Shown: positions 1 through 10,572 of the stretch, one piece after another
Position numbering within the stretch: position 1 is the stretch's first letter
Layout: every line of letters begins with the position of its first letter
Origin: Candidatus Thorarchaeota archaeon
GTDB lineage: Archaea; Asgardarchaeota; Thorarchaeia; Thorarchaeales; Thorarchaeaceae
DNA: 64,000 nucleotides
Direction: 5' to 3'
NCBI GenBank assembly: GCA_048882385.1
Contig: JBHLRQ010000002.1
Location: forward strand, 24,799 to 88,798
Made by a program: the position numbers and the translations under genes
Notes under the pieces: generated by a model
Database searches by the model: none
Told to the model about the DNA's origin: nothing
Seen by the model: only the letters and a program-made list of their open reading frames with translations

Positions 1-3000
1 TCAGTATAGACGACTGACAGATTTACAGTATCTATGAATGAAGCCTCTAAACTCAATGGCTCCCAAGTGGCAATAAAGGAGTTTGCTGCAAGAGTCACAT
101 TGATTCCTATGGTTAAGTTTGTCTGATACTGATATCCATAAAGCCATGCATTGATAGTTGCAATTCGTTCTCCAATACCAAGTTCTTGACCTGGAATTGA
201 TACACTCCATATATCTGCAGAATAAGTCAGGTTGTAAAATCGACCGTCAATACTCACATTGACAATGGCTGTTTCAGGGACATCCCCTTCATAGAAAGTA
301 TAGTCCACAGTCAAGTTAAGTAAATCAGTATACTCGATTGTAACATTGGATGGTTCCCAAGTTACAGCTAGAGGATCAGTTGAAACCGGATTTACTGTGA
401 GTATTATGCCCAAGGACTCACTGTACTCGTATCCATATACTTGAGCTCGAATATCAGCAACATGACCGCCCAATGACAGATTGTTTCTCGTCAAGGTAGT
501 AATCCAAAGGCTTCCGTCGAAGGTCAGGCTGTATGTATTCGTTCCATCAATGGTGATGTTTACCACTGTGCCCACCGAAGGAACCGTAACACCAGTTCCA
601 TTGTAATAGTAGTCTACAGTAAGGTCAATATCCTGAAGATAGTCAACAACAGTTGAGGACCAGACAATTGTGAGGTTTGTCAAGGCTTTCTCTATAGTGA
701 AGCTTATCGATAGTGATATGACCGGATCATATCCAAACTTGCTGAAGTTGGCCCAGACATTATGCAGTCCAAGGTCGAATGTGTTGTTGAACTCAATCCA
801 GTATGCACCAGCAGTTCCATGGAGTATATACTCTGTACTATTCACATAGACTAACTTCGTGGTTGCATTTTCAATTGGCGAACCTTGGGAATCTAGAAAG
901 TCAAACGATAGAATTACACTCTCAGTCCAGTCAATGGTATACGACGTCCATGATGGAGTGACAGTTGGGGAGTCTGTTCTCAAAATAAGTGATGTTGAGG
1001 GTAATTGTGCTACGTAGACAGGAGCAGATGCTTGAATATCGACTGTAAATGTTCCTAGGCCTGGTGGAATTTGATCGCCATCAAAACGGACCTGATATGC
1101 ACCTGCAGTATCATTCCAAGCAAGGGTCCATGGCGGATACACTCCAATTGTTGCATTAACTATGGCTCCAAGAATGTCTGAGCCGTTACTCATCCTATAG
1201 ACGACTGATAAGACAGTGTACTCGACATAGGTAATGTCGTTCCCGTTTGTCCAAGATACATCAATGGTTGTTGGGTCTCTAGCAAGGGTAAGACTGGATG
1301 AATTCGTGGCATCCACATAACCATAGAGTGTTGCTTCAATCAATATTGAATGTGTCCCAAATCCTGGTGGAGAATCACTCCCATTGAACCTGATACTGTA
1401 CATGCCTGCTGTTGAGTTCCAATCTAATACCCAGGTCTTCACTCCAATAGTCACATTTACACTCGCATCCTGAATGGATGACTTATTGGACATTCTGAAA
1501 TCAACATAGAGGACAGTATAATCGAAAAATGTTACATTGTCATAGTTCGGAGCTCCCCATGAGGTCACAACTGTTGTTGGCTCTGGAACTATTGTGAGGT
1601 ATAATGTCCAATCTGGCCAAGGATCAAAACCATAGGCTGATGCATTGACAACTAGGTTAAATGTATCAAATCCAAGCGAACTATCGCTACCATTGAATTG
1701 AATTCTGTAGGTTTCACTACTAGGATGCCATTTGAGATCCCAGAGTTCCCCATTAACTGTCACATTCACAGTTGCTCCAGCAATTGACACTCCATCAGAG
1801 GTAGTATAGTTTACTTGAAGTACCGTGAAACCAACATAGGTTATTGTACTTCCCCCTAGCAGTTTACTTTCTAAATTGACATTCTCACTGATTATTGTCA
1901 GATTATAGTCTATGTTGACTGTCATTTCATAACCTGGCTTCACCCCTCTAATCGATAGTCCAAATGAACCTAGTCCTGGCCAACCTATGGAGTCATTCTT
2001 GAAGGTAATCTCATAAAGACTACTAGTTGAATTCCAGTCTAGAAACCAAGGACCTGATCCAGCTATCGTCACATCTACTTCTGCATCTGGAATCTCATTT
2101 CCATCACTTGATGTATAATTGACAAGAAGAGTTGTTGATTCAACAAATGTGATTGAATGACCATTGGACCAACTTGCTGTGATCGATGTTGGTTCATCAT
2201 TTATGGTCAAGAATTGTGATAAATTAGTTAAACCAACATGATTGGCTTTCCAAGCCTTGATGAGTAACTGATGTGTACCTATTCCTGGAGGTTCATCTGT
2301 TCCCAACCATGTGTATTCATACGCTTTAGATGTATCATTCCAGATTGCTAGTCTAGTTATCACATGCGTTATATTTACCAATGCACCAGAAATCGGTGTT
2401 CCATTACTCATAAGATAAAAGATTCTGATTTTTGTGGATCCAATATACGTAATAGTATCACTTGGGTCCCATTCAAAGACAAAATGTGTTTCTTCAATAT
2501 GAATTTCCAATTGCTCGTCTGTGTTTGTTATGTTGATGTATCCAAATTTCGATGCTCTAATTTCCACTGTGTGAGTTCCATAACCTGGAGGGTCTTCATC
2601 TCCAGAAATATAAGCCTCGTAAGTTTCATTATTCGGATTCCAGATGAGTTCCCAGAATCTTCCGTTTATTGTGACATTAACAATAGCATCCGGAATTGAA
2701 TCAAAATTACTATCTTGATATCTGACAGAAAGCAAGGTTTCTTGTACGTAGCTTATGTTGTATCCATTTGACCAGTTGATGACAATACTAGTTGGTTCTT
2801 TATCTATGGTTAGGATCTCATCTTCAATGAAATGTGTTTCAAAATCATCTTTCAGAGCGTATATTTCAGTAGTGTGGATTCCAAAACCAGGTGGATTATC
2901 AGTTCCATAAAATGTGTGCTCATAATATTCTCCAATCAGAGATAATGGGAATATTGTGCCATCAATTGAGATGTAAACTGTCGCACTATCAATTATAGTT

Positions 3001-5520
3001 CCATTGAACATAGAATACCTTACTCTCAGAGTTGTTTCTTCTATGTATGTAATCGTATCAGTATTCGACCACGTGATTTCTACTAAGGTAGGAATGACTG
3101 GTAAAGTTAGTTTCTTTGTATCACCCGTCTGACTCACATATCCATACTTCGAAGCTTGTATCGTCAGATTATGTGTTCCCACTCCTGGAGGCCAATCTGA
3201 GCCATTGAATCTGACTTGGTACAACAAAGCAGTTTCATTCCAAACCATATCCCACGAGTTTGTGCCGATTGTAACGCTTAACGTTGCATTTGTGATTGTG
3301 GTTGTATTACTCATACGATAATCAACAAAAAGGAATGTGTGTGCAAAGTAGGTCAAATCATTGCCATTAGACCAACTAATTACCAAGTCTGTAGATTCTA
3401 AATTTACAGTCAAAGTTTCATCAGTGTTATCTTGTTGCTCAAATCCATTCAATGTTGCATTGACAGTCACTGGGAATGTTCCAACACCAATGTCTGGGTG
3501 ATTACCACTTAGAATGAGCATGTACATCATTGAGAATTCGTTCCAATCGAATATCCATTCCCTAGAGGCTATTGTCGCATTGATACGGGCACCTAGGACC
3601 GGCGAACCATCACTCATGGAGAAGTTTGCATAGAGCACTGTATTTCCAACATACGAAATTGTGTCAGACACCCACCACGAGAGTTCCAGCGATGTATTTT
3701 CAATTTCAATGGTGAACCAGTAGGTGTCGTTGGTTTGGGTCTGAAATCCAAATTTAGATGCGCCAATAATAACATTGTACGTTCCGATATCAGGTGGATT
3801 ATCAGTCCCATTGAATGTTATTTCATATGCCAGATTGCCTACATTCCAATCGAGAGTGAATAATGTTGATCCTATCAATGCTGTAACATTTGCATCGATT
3901 GCAATCGGAGTTGTATCATTCATTCGGTACATGATTGATAACGTTGTTTGTTGAACATAGGTGATTGTAGTTCCATTAGACCATGATATGTCAATACTTG
4001 TAGGCTCCACAGTGATATTGAGATAGGATGCTTTCGACCTATCATTATATCCGAATAGATCTGCAAGAACAACAACGCTGTGATTACCAAAGCCCGGAGG
4101 GTCGTCTGATCCATTCAAAGTGATGCGATAAGTTTGGGACCCTTCATGCCAAATCATTTCCAGAGGTGATGCTCCACCTAAACTCACATTGACCATGGCA
4201 TTTCGAACTGCTGTTCCATTTGCCATTGTGAAATTTGCAGACAAGATGGTTTGCTCAATGAAGGTTATGTCATTCCCATTTGACCAGATAAGAACTAAAT
4301 CTGTTGTTTCTTCGCGGAAAATCATTTGGGATATATTGTTCTTTTCGACGAATCCAAACAGATCCGCTTGTATTGTGAGAGTATGTATTCCAAATCCTGG
4401 AGGACTATCAGCCCCAGAAAACCTTACCCTGTATGTCTGAGTTGGGCTATCCCACTCCAAATTCCATGGGGGATAGACACCAATTGTTACATTGACAACT
4501 GCTCCTAATATTGGAGAACCATCACTCATAGTGTAATTTGCAATAAGATAGGTTTCTTCAACATATGAGATGTCATTACCTGACAACCAGGACACAACAA
4601 GAGCAGTGGGTTCTTCGTTTATTGTAAATGGAACCAAAAACTCATTCTGATCAATATGTCCATGTTTACCAACCAAAATTGTTAGACTGTGAGTATCAAT
4701 TCCAGGTGGAGCGTTTCCTTCAAACACATATTCATAGACTGAACCATTAAACACTAGTATGAATGGATCTAGAGTTCCAATTGTGACATTGACTAATGCG
4801 TCAACAACAGGTGACCCATTGCTCAGCGTGTAGTTCACAATAAGTGTTGTAGACTCAACATATGTGATGACATTCCCATTAGACCACGTGTAGGTCATGG
4901 ATGTGGGTTCAAGAGATATGGTCAATGAAACACCAGTTTCATCTTTGGTTGCGTGACCGTGTTTATCTGCCATGATTGTAAGAATATGACCGCCAAAACC
5001 GGGAAGTTCAGCATCGCCATTAAACACATACTCGTAAGTTGCACCATTTAAAGTTAGATTGTAAAGGTCTGTTCCAATGGTAACATTCACGATTGCGCCA
5101 ACAACAGGAGAACCATCACTCATCGTGTAGTTCACAATCAATGTTGTACTCTCAAGGTACGTAATGTCATTACCATTGATCCACTCATATGTCATTGTAG
5201 TTGGTTCTTCTCTAATATGCAGAGTTTGCATTGTATCGGATTGCGCTTTGTGGCCCGCCTTCCACGCTTCAATGGTGAGGTCATGTAAACCAAAACCTGG
5301 AGGAACATCAGTTCCGTTGAAGGTGATTCTGTAAGCACTAACATCATCCCAGGTCAATGTCCAATTCTTTGCATTGATTGTAACATTTACTGTCGCACCC
5401 GGAATGGGAGTGGATCCTGTCACTCGATTGTAGTAGACCACAAGTTCTGTTGTTTCGATGTATGTGATATTATTGCCATTGGTCCATTCAACGGTTAATG
5501 GTTCAGTATCATGAATTAAA
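1..5520 (-). repeat. Intragenic tandem ~300-nt (~100-aa) degenerate repeats, about 18 units
   Basis: WSNG-like codons recur near 5480, 5175, 4880, 4580, 4280, 3975, 3670, 3365, 3065, 2765 and 2165. Example unit: EETTDLVLIWSNGNDITFIEQTILSANFTMANGTAVRNAMVNVSLGG...YRITLNGSDDPPGFGNHSVVVLADLFGY. Confidence 0.85.
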
Positions 5521-7421
5521 TCCACACTGACCTGAATGCTCTGGTTTTGGAGTGCAAATCCCTCAGTATAGATGTCAACTAGATATGTCCCTGGATTCTT
5601 TCCCGTGGTTGGGATTGTAGCAGTCCATGTACCGTTGTTGTGGTCAGTCATACTGGTATTAGTTCCGCTGTCGAAAGAGTACACTGCCTCTATAGCAGCA
5701 CCATAAAGCCCTTGGGGCGTGAATGTGTCTTCAAAGTAGACTCTCACCTCCAAGGTACTCTCTGTGAAACCATCGATTTCAGAATCCGTGGCTGTCAAAG
5801 AAGTTGGATAGTAAACTACCAGTTCTTTCACCAAGTAGCCTGCATCAGTTCCATTAGCCCAAGAAACTTCGATTGTGAATGCACCATTATCCGATGTTGT
5901 AGTGTCGATATTCCAGAGATAATTAGTATGTCCATTACTCACACTCTGGTTTGATGGGGACCATATGACTGATCCGCTCTTGGTAATCGTAAGATTTGCT
6001 AGTCCTGTATTCACAGGGTCCGAGTCTTGCTCCAATATGGACATATTGACATCGACATCAGCAAGAATTGAAGAAAGACTACTCAACTCATTGTCATTTG
6101 AGGAATCATATGTGTGAACTGCTATAAGGTGATTAAATGATGAAGCTTCTAGACGCCATAAACCATCCGTCATACTTGCGCAAATCACCGTTGTACCAAC
6201 TACAACGTAACTCGTATGATTTGTCATTGGAGCTGAGCTTTCATAGAGTCCTGTAATTATCCAACTATTTGCTTTTGACATATTGAGATATTTCGATATT
6301 TGTCCTGACACACTAGGATAAGAAACACTAGTACCTACACTCCAATGTACTAATCCACTTGAAGGAGTGATTTCCCAAGAAGTTGTTGTTGAAGATTGTC
6401 TTTCATAGAACAGAGTCATATTATAGTCGAAGTAGACGGATTGGTTTGTATCAAATGAGATGCTTGTTATGTTCTTGTTCGCCGATGAAAAAGTGAAGCT
6501 GGATGTAGTGATGGCTGTCGTATTTCCTCTCAAGTCTACTTTTTGGGGAGAAGAGAATACTAACGGCGCATCTGATGTCTGATTCCATGGTATGTATGAA
6601 TAATTCAACAAAGCTTCAAGTGACAATGATGCCCATCCACCAGGACCTCTCTGATATGATCCAAAAGTTCCTGCACTATTTTCTGCGCTCCAGTAGATAA
6701 TTGGATATGTCGGGAAGGGATCTCCTGCTTTTGATAAAGTCGAACCATCTATTACAGCCCAATACACAGTATCTGCAGACATTGATGCATTTCCTCCTGG
6801 AGATGTAGTCCAAGAGAGAACGCTGTCTGATGCTGTCATATTTACTGGAGTTGTGATATCCGTAGCACTGTCCAAATCTGATGAGCTTCCACTACGAACG
6901 ACTAATGAAGCATTTCCTCTAATTAGTGGATCATAGTCGTCTGTAAGATAGTAGATTGAGTAGTTGACAAGAGCTCCATCATGAGGTTGATTGTAGAATC
7001 CCTGCGCAAGCTGCGAATAAAAGAGAACTCCCTCTTCAAATATCTTGAAATTATAATTCTGAGGAGTGACTCCAACTACTTCTTTTTCAACTGCCCCCTT
7101 GATACTAACTGTATCTATTTCTATCCTGAATAGTTTCCAGCCAGCAACTTGATAGTTTGACAGGTCAAGCATTGTGTTATGAGTGACTGTATCTCCATAT
7201 GAGTTGAAAATCTCCAGACGTTGTCCTGTGAATGTGCGTTCGAAAAACATTGTTGCGGTCTGTTCGCTACCGCCTCCTGAGATAGAAGCTGAACTACTCC
7301 TATTATCTGGTAGGATTGGTTTCTCATCCGATAGGATTAGTGTTCCCTCTGGATGTCCTGTTTCCTGAATTGAAGACAGGAGCAAGACTGCAATGACCAA
7401 CAAGATTACAGATCTCTTCAT
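1..7421 (-). CDS. Giant secreted/surface glycoprotein with tandem ~100-aa Ig-like beta repeats (partial, >2,470 aa, runs off window start)
   Basis: ATG at 7421 after a GGTG SD. Signal-peptide N-terminus MKRSVILLVIAVLLLSS. The same frame reads ...FIDTVNLSVVYT at the window edge. Absent from the ORF track, presumably because no stop lies inside the window; frame checked at both ends and internally, not codon by codon. Rich in S/T/N and N-x-S/T sequons. Confidence 0.88.
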   Translation of the reverse strand, partial: MKRSVILLVIAVLLLSSIQETGHPEGTLILSDEKPILPDNRSSSASISGGGSEQTATMFFERTFTGQRLEIFNSYGDTVTHNTMLDLSNYQVAGWKLFRIEIDTVSIKGAVEKEVVGVTPQNYNFKIFEEGVLFYSQLAQGFYNQPHDGALVNYSIYYLTDDYDPLIRGNASLVVRSGSSSDLDSATDITTPVNMTASDSVLSWTTSPGGNASMSADTVYWAVIDGSTLSKAGDPFPTYPIIYWSAENSAGTFGSYQRGPGGWASLSLEALLNYSYIPWNQTSDAPLVFSSPQKVDLRGNTTAITTSSFTFSSANKNITSISFDTNQSVYFDYNMTLFYERQSSTTTSWEITPSSGLVHWSVGTSVSYPSVSGQISKYLNMSKANSWIITGLYESSAPMTNHTSYVVVGTTVICASMTDGLWRLEASSFNHLIAVHTYDSSNDNELSSLSSILADVDVNMSILEQDSDPVNTGLANLTITKSGSVIWSPSNQSVSNGHTNYLWNIDTTTSDNGAFTIEVSWANGTDAGYLVKELVVYYPTSLTATDSEIDGFTESTLEVRVYFEDTFTPQGLYGAAIEAVYSFDSGTNTSMTDHNNGTWTATIPTTGKNPGTYLVDIYTEGFALQNQSIQVSVDLIHDTEPLTVEWTNGNNITYIETTELVVYYNRVTGSTPIPGATVNVTINAKNWTLTWDDVSAYRITFNGTDVPPGFGLHDLTIEAWKAGHKAQSDTMQTLHIREEPTTMTYEWINGNDITYLESTTLIVNYTMSDGSPVVGAIVNVTIGTDLYNLTLNGATYEYVFNGDAELPGFGGHILTIMADKHGHATKDETGVSLTISLEPTSMTYTWSNGNVITYVESTTLIVNYTLSNGSPVVDALVNVTIGTLDPFILVFNGSVYEYVFEGNAPPGIDTHSLTILVGKHGHIDQNEFLVPFTINEEPTALVVSWLSGNDISYVEETYLIANYTMSDGSPILGAVVNVTIGVYPPWNLEWDSPTQTYRVRFSGADSPPGFGIHTLTIQADLFGFVEKNNISQMIFREETTDLVLIWSNGNDITFIEQTILSANFTMANGTAVRNAMVNVSLGGASPLEMIWHEGSQTYRITLNGSDDPPGFGNHSVVVLADLFGYNDRSKASYLNITVEPTSIDISWSNGTTITYVQQTTLSIMYRMNDTTPIAIDANVTALIGSTLFTLDWNVGNLAYEITFNGTDNPPDIGTYNVIIGASKFGFQTQTNDTYWFTIEIENTSLELSWWVSDTISYVGNTVLYANFSMSDGSPVLGARINATIASREWIFDWNEFSMMYMLILSGNHPDIGVGTFPVTVNATLNGFEQQDNTDETLTVNLESTDLVISWSNGNDLTYFAHTFLFVDYRMSNTTTITNATLSVTIGTNSWDMVWNETALLYQVRFNGSDWPPGVGTHNLTIQASKYGYVSQTGDTKKLTLPVIPTLVEITWSNTDTITYIEETTLRVRYSMFNGTIIDSATVYISIDGTIFPLSLIGEYYEHTFYGTDNPPGFGIHTTEIYALKDDFETHFIEDEILTIDKEPTSIVINWSNGYNISYVQETLLSVRYQDSNFDSIPDAIVNVTINGRFWELIWNPNNETYEAYISGDEDPPGYGTHTVEIRASKFGYINITNTDEQLEIHIEETHFVFEWDPSDTITYIGSTKIRIFYLMSNGTPISGALVNITHVITRLAIWNDTSKAYEYTWLGTDEPPGIGTHQLLIKAWKANHVGLTNLSQFLTINDEPTSITASWSNGHSITFVESTTLLVNYTSSDGNEIPDAEVDVTIAGSGPWFLDWNSTSSLYEITFKNDSIGWPGLGSFGLSIRGVKPGYEMTVNIDYNLTIISENVNLESKLLGGSTITYVGFTVLQVNYTTSDGVSIAGATVNVTVNGELWDLKWHPSSETYRIQFNGSDSSLGFDTFNLVVNASAYGFDPWPDWTLYLTIVPEPTTVVTSWGAPNYDNVTFFDYTVLYVDFRMSNKSSIQDASVNVTIGVKTWVLDWNSTAGMYSIRFNGSDSPPGFGTHSILIEATLYGYVDATNSSSLTLARDPTTIDVSWTNGNDITYVEYTVLSVVYRMSNGSDILGAIVNATIGVYPPWTLAWNDTAGAYQVRFDGDQIPPGLGTFTVDIQASAPVYVAQLPSTSLILRTDSPTVTPSWTSYTIDWTESVILSFDFLDSQGSPIENATTKLVYVNSTEYILHGTAGAYWIEFNNTFDLGLHNVWANFSKFGYDPVISLSISFTIEKALTNLTIVWSSTVVDYLQDIDLTVDYYYNGTGVTVPSVGTVVNITIDGTNTYSLTFDGSLWITTLTRNNLSLGGHVADIRAQVYGYEYSESLGIILTVNPVSTDPLAVTWEPSNVTIEYTDLLNLTVDYTFYEGDVPETAIVNVSIDGRFYNLTYSADIWSVSIPGQELGIGERIATINAWLYGYQYQTNLTIGINVTLAANSFIATWEPLSLEASFIDTVNLSVVYT

Positions 7422-7547
7422 GCAAACACCTTTGGAAACGGCGGGACTCCTAAACAGCTACTCATAGCTATCCTAAACTTATTTCCTATTGTTTGAAAAA
7501 GAGAGCTACTATGTATACGTCCCGAAAAACAGTCGAGCCTTTCCCTA

Positions 7548-8060
7548 TTATGTATAATATGAAGGTCCGGCTTCTGTCGTAGTGTCCTCTTTTGTGCCTA
7601 GCTGGCCTGTGACCTCATTAAGTAGTGCGATCATCATATCGATAGATCCGTGAAGCTTTCGCATTGTCTTCCAAAGATGGTCTTCTGTAAATGCATCGTC
7701 ATAGATTCTGTCTGAAACAACAAATCCTGGACCAGGAGGCTGCGGTCCTGGCTGACCCGGACGTGGTTGTACAAATCCCATGTTGAATCCTTCTTGAAAA
7801 CTGAATTTCATCGCTTTCATCTGAAACTCGCGCATCTTCTCAACGGTCAAAAGCTTCTGATGTTGAGGTGAGATCATGATTTGTGACTCAATCTGAAGGT
7901 ATCTTTGTTCATTTGGGCGAACGACTGTGAAGAAGAACCGCATGAACTTAACCTTGAACAAAAACTCTGCCTTTGGATTTGAAATGGTTTCAACCTTTGT
8001 ACCTTCACGTGAAAACCAATCTCTTACAGATTCCTTGATGAGCTCTGTTTGATTCGACAC
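7548..8060 (-). CDS. Conserved archaeal hypothetical protein (DUF2299-like)
   Basis: ORF track gives 7548..8102; GTG at 8060 follows a GGAGGAG SD. N-terminus IKESVRDWFSREG resembles DUF2299 proteins. Contains a Pro/Gly-rich loop. Confidence 0.5.
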   Translation of the reverse strand: MSNQTELIKESVRDWFSREGTKVETISNPKAEFLFKVKFMRFFFTVVRPNEQRYLQIESQIMISPQHQKLLTVEKMREFQMKAMKFSFQEGFNMGFVQPRPGQPGPQPPGPGFVVSDRIYDDAFTEDHLWKTMRKLHGSIDMMIALLNEVTGQLGTKEDTTTEAGPSYYT

Positions 8061-8123
8061 CGAGTTCTCCTCCAACTTACTTAGGCAAATTCTACCGCTC
8101 ACTTAACGCTTGTGTTCACCTAG

Positions 8124-8927
8124 TTACTCACGGAACCAACGGATGCTATCATACCCTGAAGGCGAAATATCGGAGTAGCATGTTATCTGAGACCTCACAC
8201 TTTTGATCATGTCTGTGTTTCCCTCTGTGGTGATGATTCGTTTCTCTGAGTTGCGAGTTGTCAATAGTACTCCCCAGGGATCCACCACCTGGCTATGACC
8301 AAAGTATGTTTTTCCGTCAAAACCAAATCCGACCCTATTTGCTGCTGCGACATACAACTGATTCTCTATTGCTCGAGCCCGAACAAGTGTGTTCCAATGC
8401 TCACTTCTGGGATCAGGGAATGCAGCAGGGATAAACACAATTTCAGCGCCTTCAAGAGCAAGCTTGCGTGTGATCTCAGGAAATCTGATATCATAACATA
8501 TCTCGACTCCGACATTAATCCCAGCACATTCGAAGATTGCCATCGTAGTGCCTCCAGCAAAGACTTCACGTTCCTCCTGAAATGGATGAATTTTGCTATA
8601 TGTTCCATGGATATCTCCATCAGGCTTTGCCATGACAAGGGTATTGAGAAACTTGTCCCCAAATTTCTCTATTCCTGTACCTATGGTATAGGCTCCATGC
8701 TCTTTTGCTACAGAACAAATGAACTCGGTGGTTAGACCTGGTATGCCTGGTCCCAGTTTCTTGTAATCCTCATGCCTGAAGCCAATCGCAAACAGCTCAG
8801 GAAGAAGAATGAATTGAATACCTCTTCTTGGTTTGCGTTTGCTAAGCAAGAAGTGAGCATGGTCGAAGTTGTTCTTTCGATTACCTTCTTCACATGGCAT
8901 CTGAACAAGAGTTAATGTAAACTCCAA
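8124..8927 (-). CDS. Carbon-nitrogen hydrolase (nitrilase superfamily, omega-amidase-like)
   Basis: E-K-C catalytic triad motifs LPELF, YSKIH, ICYDIRFPE; also RARAIENQ and GHSQVVDPWG. Confidence 0.92.
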   Translation of the reverse strand: MEFTLTLVQMPCEEGNRKNNFDHAHFLLSKRKPRRGIQFILLPELFAIGFRHEDYKKLGPGIPGLTTEFICSVAKEHGAYTIGTGIEKFGDKFLNTLVMAKPDGDIHGTYSKIHPFQEEREVFAGGTTMAIFECAGINVGVEICYDIRFPEITRKLALEGAEIVFIPAAFPDPRSEHWNTLVRARAIENQLYVAAANRVGFGFDGKTYFGHSQVVDPWGVLLTTRNSEKRIITTEGNTDMIKSVRSQITCYSDISPSGYDSIRWFRE

Positions 8928-9058
8928 AGCGAATCATCCTCGTAAGCAAGATGGTGGTAGATTATTCGTCTGATAAGGCAACCGAATTCTGTATTTCCCC
9001 AATCATTACTATCATAACGCTTAATTGTCTGTATTAGTGCGGGCTTGCGTAGGCTCTA

Positions 9059-9394
9059 GTGGACGTGTGTCTATTGGTAAACGAAGTAAATACCGAGCCA
9101 AAGAGCAGGAAGGAAATGCCAAAGACATCATACTCCAAACCAGTTGTTGGTGCTACTGGTAAAACTGGGAGTTGGCGTACTTTTGATCCCGTAATCAACT
9201 ATGACGAGTGTAACAGGTGTCGAACATGTTGGCTACACTGCCCAGAGGCTGTAATCAGTTTAGACGAGGATGGGACTCCTCACACAGATTATGATTATTG
9301 TAAGGGTTGCGGGATATGTGCGCAAGTCTGTCCTAAACAGTGCATTGAGATGTTACGCACAGATGAGCGAAAGAGGAGGACTGGCGAGATATGA
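9059..9394 (+). CDS. porD: 2-oxoacid:ferredoxin oxidoreductase delta subunit (2x[4Fe-4S])
   Basis: KTGSWRTFDP followed by CxxCxxCxxxCP twice; immediately precedes the alpha subunit. Confidence 0.88.
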   Translation: MDVCLLVNEVNTEPKSRKEMPKTSYSKPVVGATGKTGSWRTFDPVINYDECNRCRTCWLHCPEAVISLDEDGTPHTDYDYCKGCGICAQVCPKQCIEMLRTDERKRRTGEI

Positions 9395-10572
9395 AAACCG
9401 AACTCATGAGTGCTAACTATGCAGCAGCAAGATCCGTGGTTTCAGCCCGTGTTGAGGTTGTTGCCGCATATCCAATCACACCAGCGACAACAGTTCCTGA
9501 ACAGGTTGCCCTACTGAATGAAAAAGGGATTTTCAAAGGCGAGTTCATCAGAGTAGAGTCTGAACACTCTGCAATTTTCGCTTGCATTGGTGCAAGTTCA
9601 ACTGGAGCCCGTGCTTTTACAGCTACATCATCTAACGGACTTCTCCTGATGGATGAAGGTCTCCACTGGGCCGCTGCCGCAAGATTACCTATAGTTGTCA
9701 ACAATGTCAATCGTTCAGTTTCCCCAAGCTGGAACATTCATGTAACACATGATGACGCATACTCCAAACGCGATACTGGATGGATTCAGTTCTATGTTTC
9801 AAGTGTTGACGAGCTATATCATACACTCATACAATCATTCAAACTGGCTGAGGACGAGCGTGTTCTAATGCCCGTGTTAGTGAATGCAGACGGATTTGTA
9901 CTAAGTCACACTCTGTCATCATTCGACTATCTAGAACCAGAAGAGGTTGACAAGTTCCTCCCACCCTATACACCGCCTCATTGGGTGATGGATCCTGAGA
10001 ATCCAGTGTCTCATGGCAACATAGTCTTTCCTGAGCACTATCAAGAATTTCGCTATATGATGCATGAAGGCACCCAGAATGCGCTCAGAGTCTATGAAGA
10101 GGTCGAGAAAGATTACAAGAAATTGTTTGGGAAGTACTTTGGTGGACCAATTGACTGCTATAGATGTGATGATGCAGAGGTTGTATTCACATCGCAAGGT
10201 TCAGTCGGGGCAGAGGCAAAGGATGCAATTGATGAGCTACGCGATGAAGGTTACAAAGCTGGTAATGCACGAATGAGGATGATTCGACCATTCCCTGTTG
10301 AAAAGATACGCGAGTTGGGAAGTCGAGTGAAAGGGTTTGCAAGCTTCGACAGAGGAGTTTCATATGGATTTGGTGGTCCTGTCGCAAACGATATTCGATC
10401 CTCAATGTATCACACAAAGTACCGTCCAATCATCAAGAGCTACATTGGCGGGTTAGGCGGACGTGATATGACTGTGCCTGATATCAAGACTGTAATATTG
10501 GACACATTCAATGCTGTTGAGAGCGGTGAGCTAGGTCCAGAAGAAACCTGGCACAATCTAATGGAGGAGTGA
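9391..10572 (+). CDS. porA: 2-oxoacid (pyruvate-type):ferredoxin oxidoreductase alpha subunit
   Basis: AAYPITP, VESEHSA, ARAFTATSS, IRPFP, GLGGRD motifs. Confidence 0.92.
   Translation: MKTELMSANYAAARSVVSARVEVVAAYPITPATTVPEQVALLNEKGIFKGEFIRVESEHSAIFACIGASSTGARAFTATSSNGLLLMDEGLHWAAAARLPIVVNNVNRSVSPSWNIHVTHDDAYSKRDTGWIQFYVSSVDELYHTLIQSFKLAEDERVLMPVLVNADGFVLSHTLSSFDYLEPEEVDKFLPPYTPPHWVMDPENPVSHGNIVFPEHYQEFRYMMHEGTQNALRVYEEVEKDYKKLFGKYFGGPIDCYRCDDAEVVFTSQGSVGAEAKDAIDELRDEGYKAGNARMRMIRPFPVEKIRELGSRVKGFASFDRGVSYGFGGPVANDIRSSMYHTKYRPIIKSYIGGLGGRDMTVPDIKTVILDTFNAVESGELGPEETWHNLMEE

Noticed and set aside
1-7368. Short ORF-track entries in the first 7.4 kb
   Set aside because: They are shadows in other frames of the giant minus-strand repeat gene.
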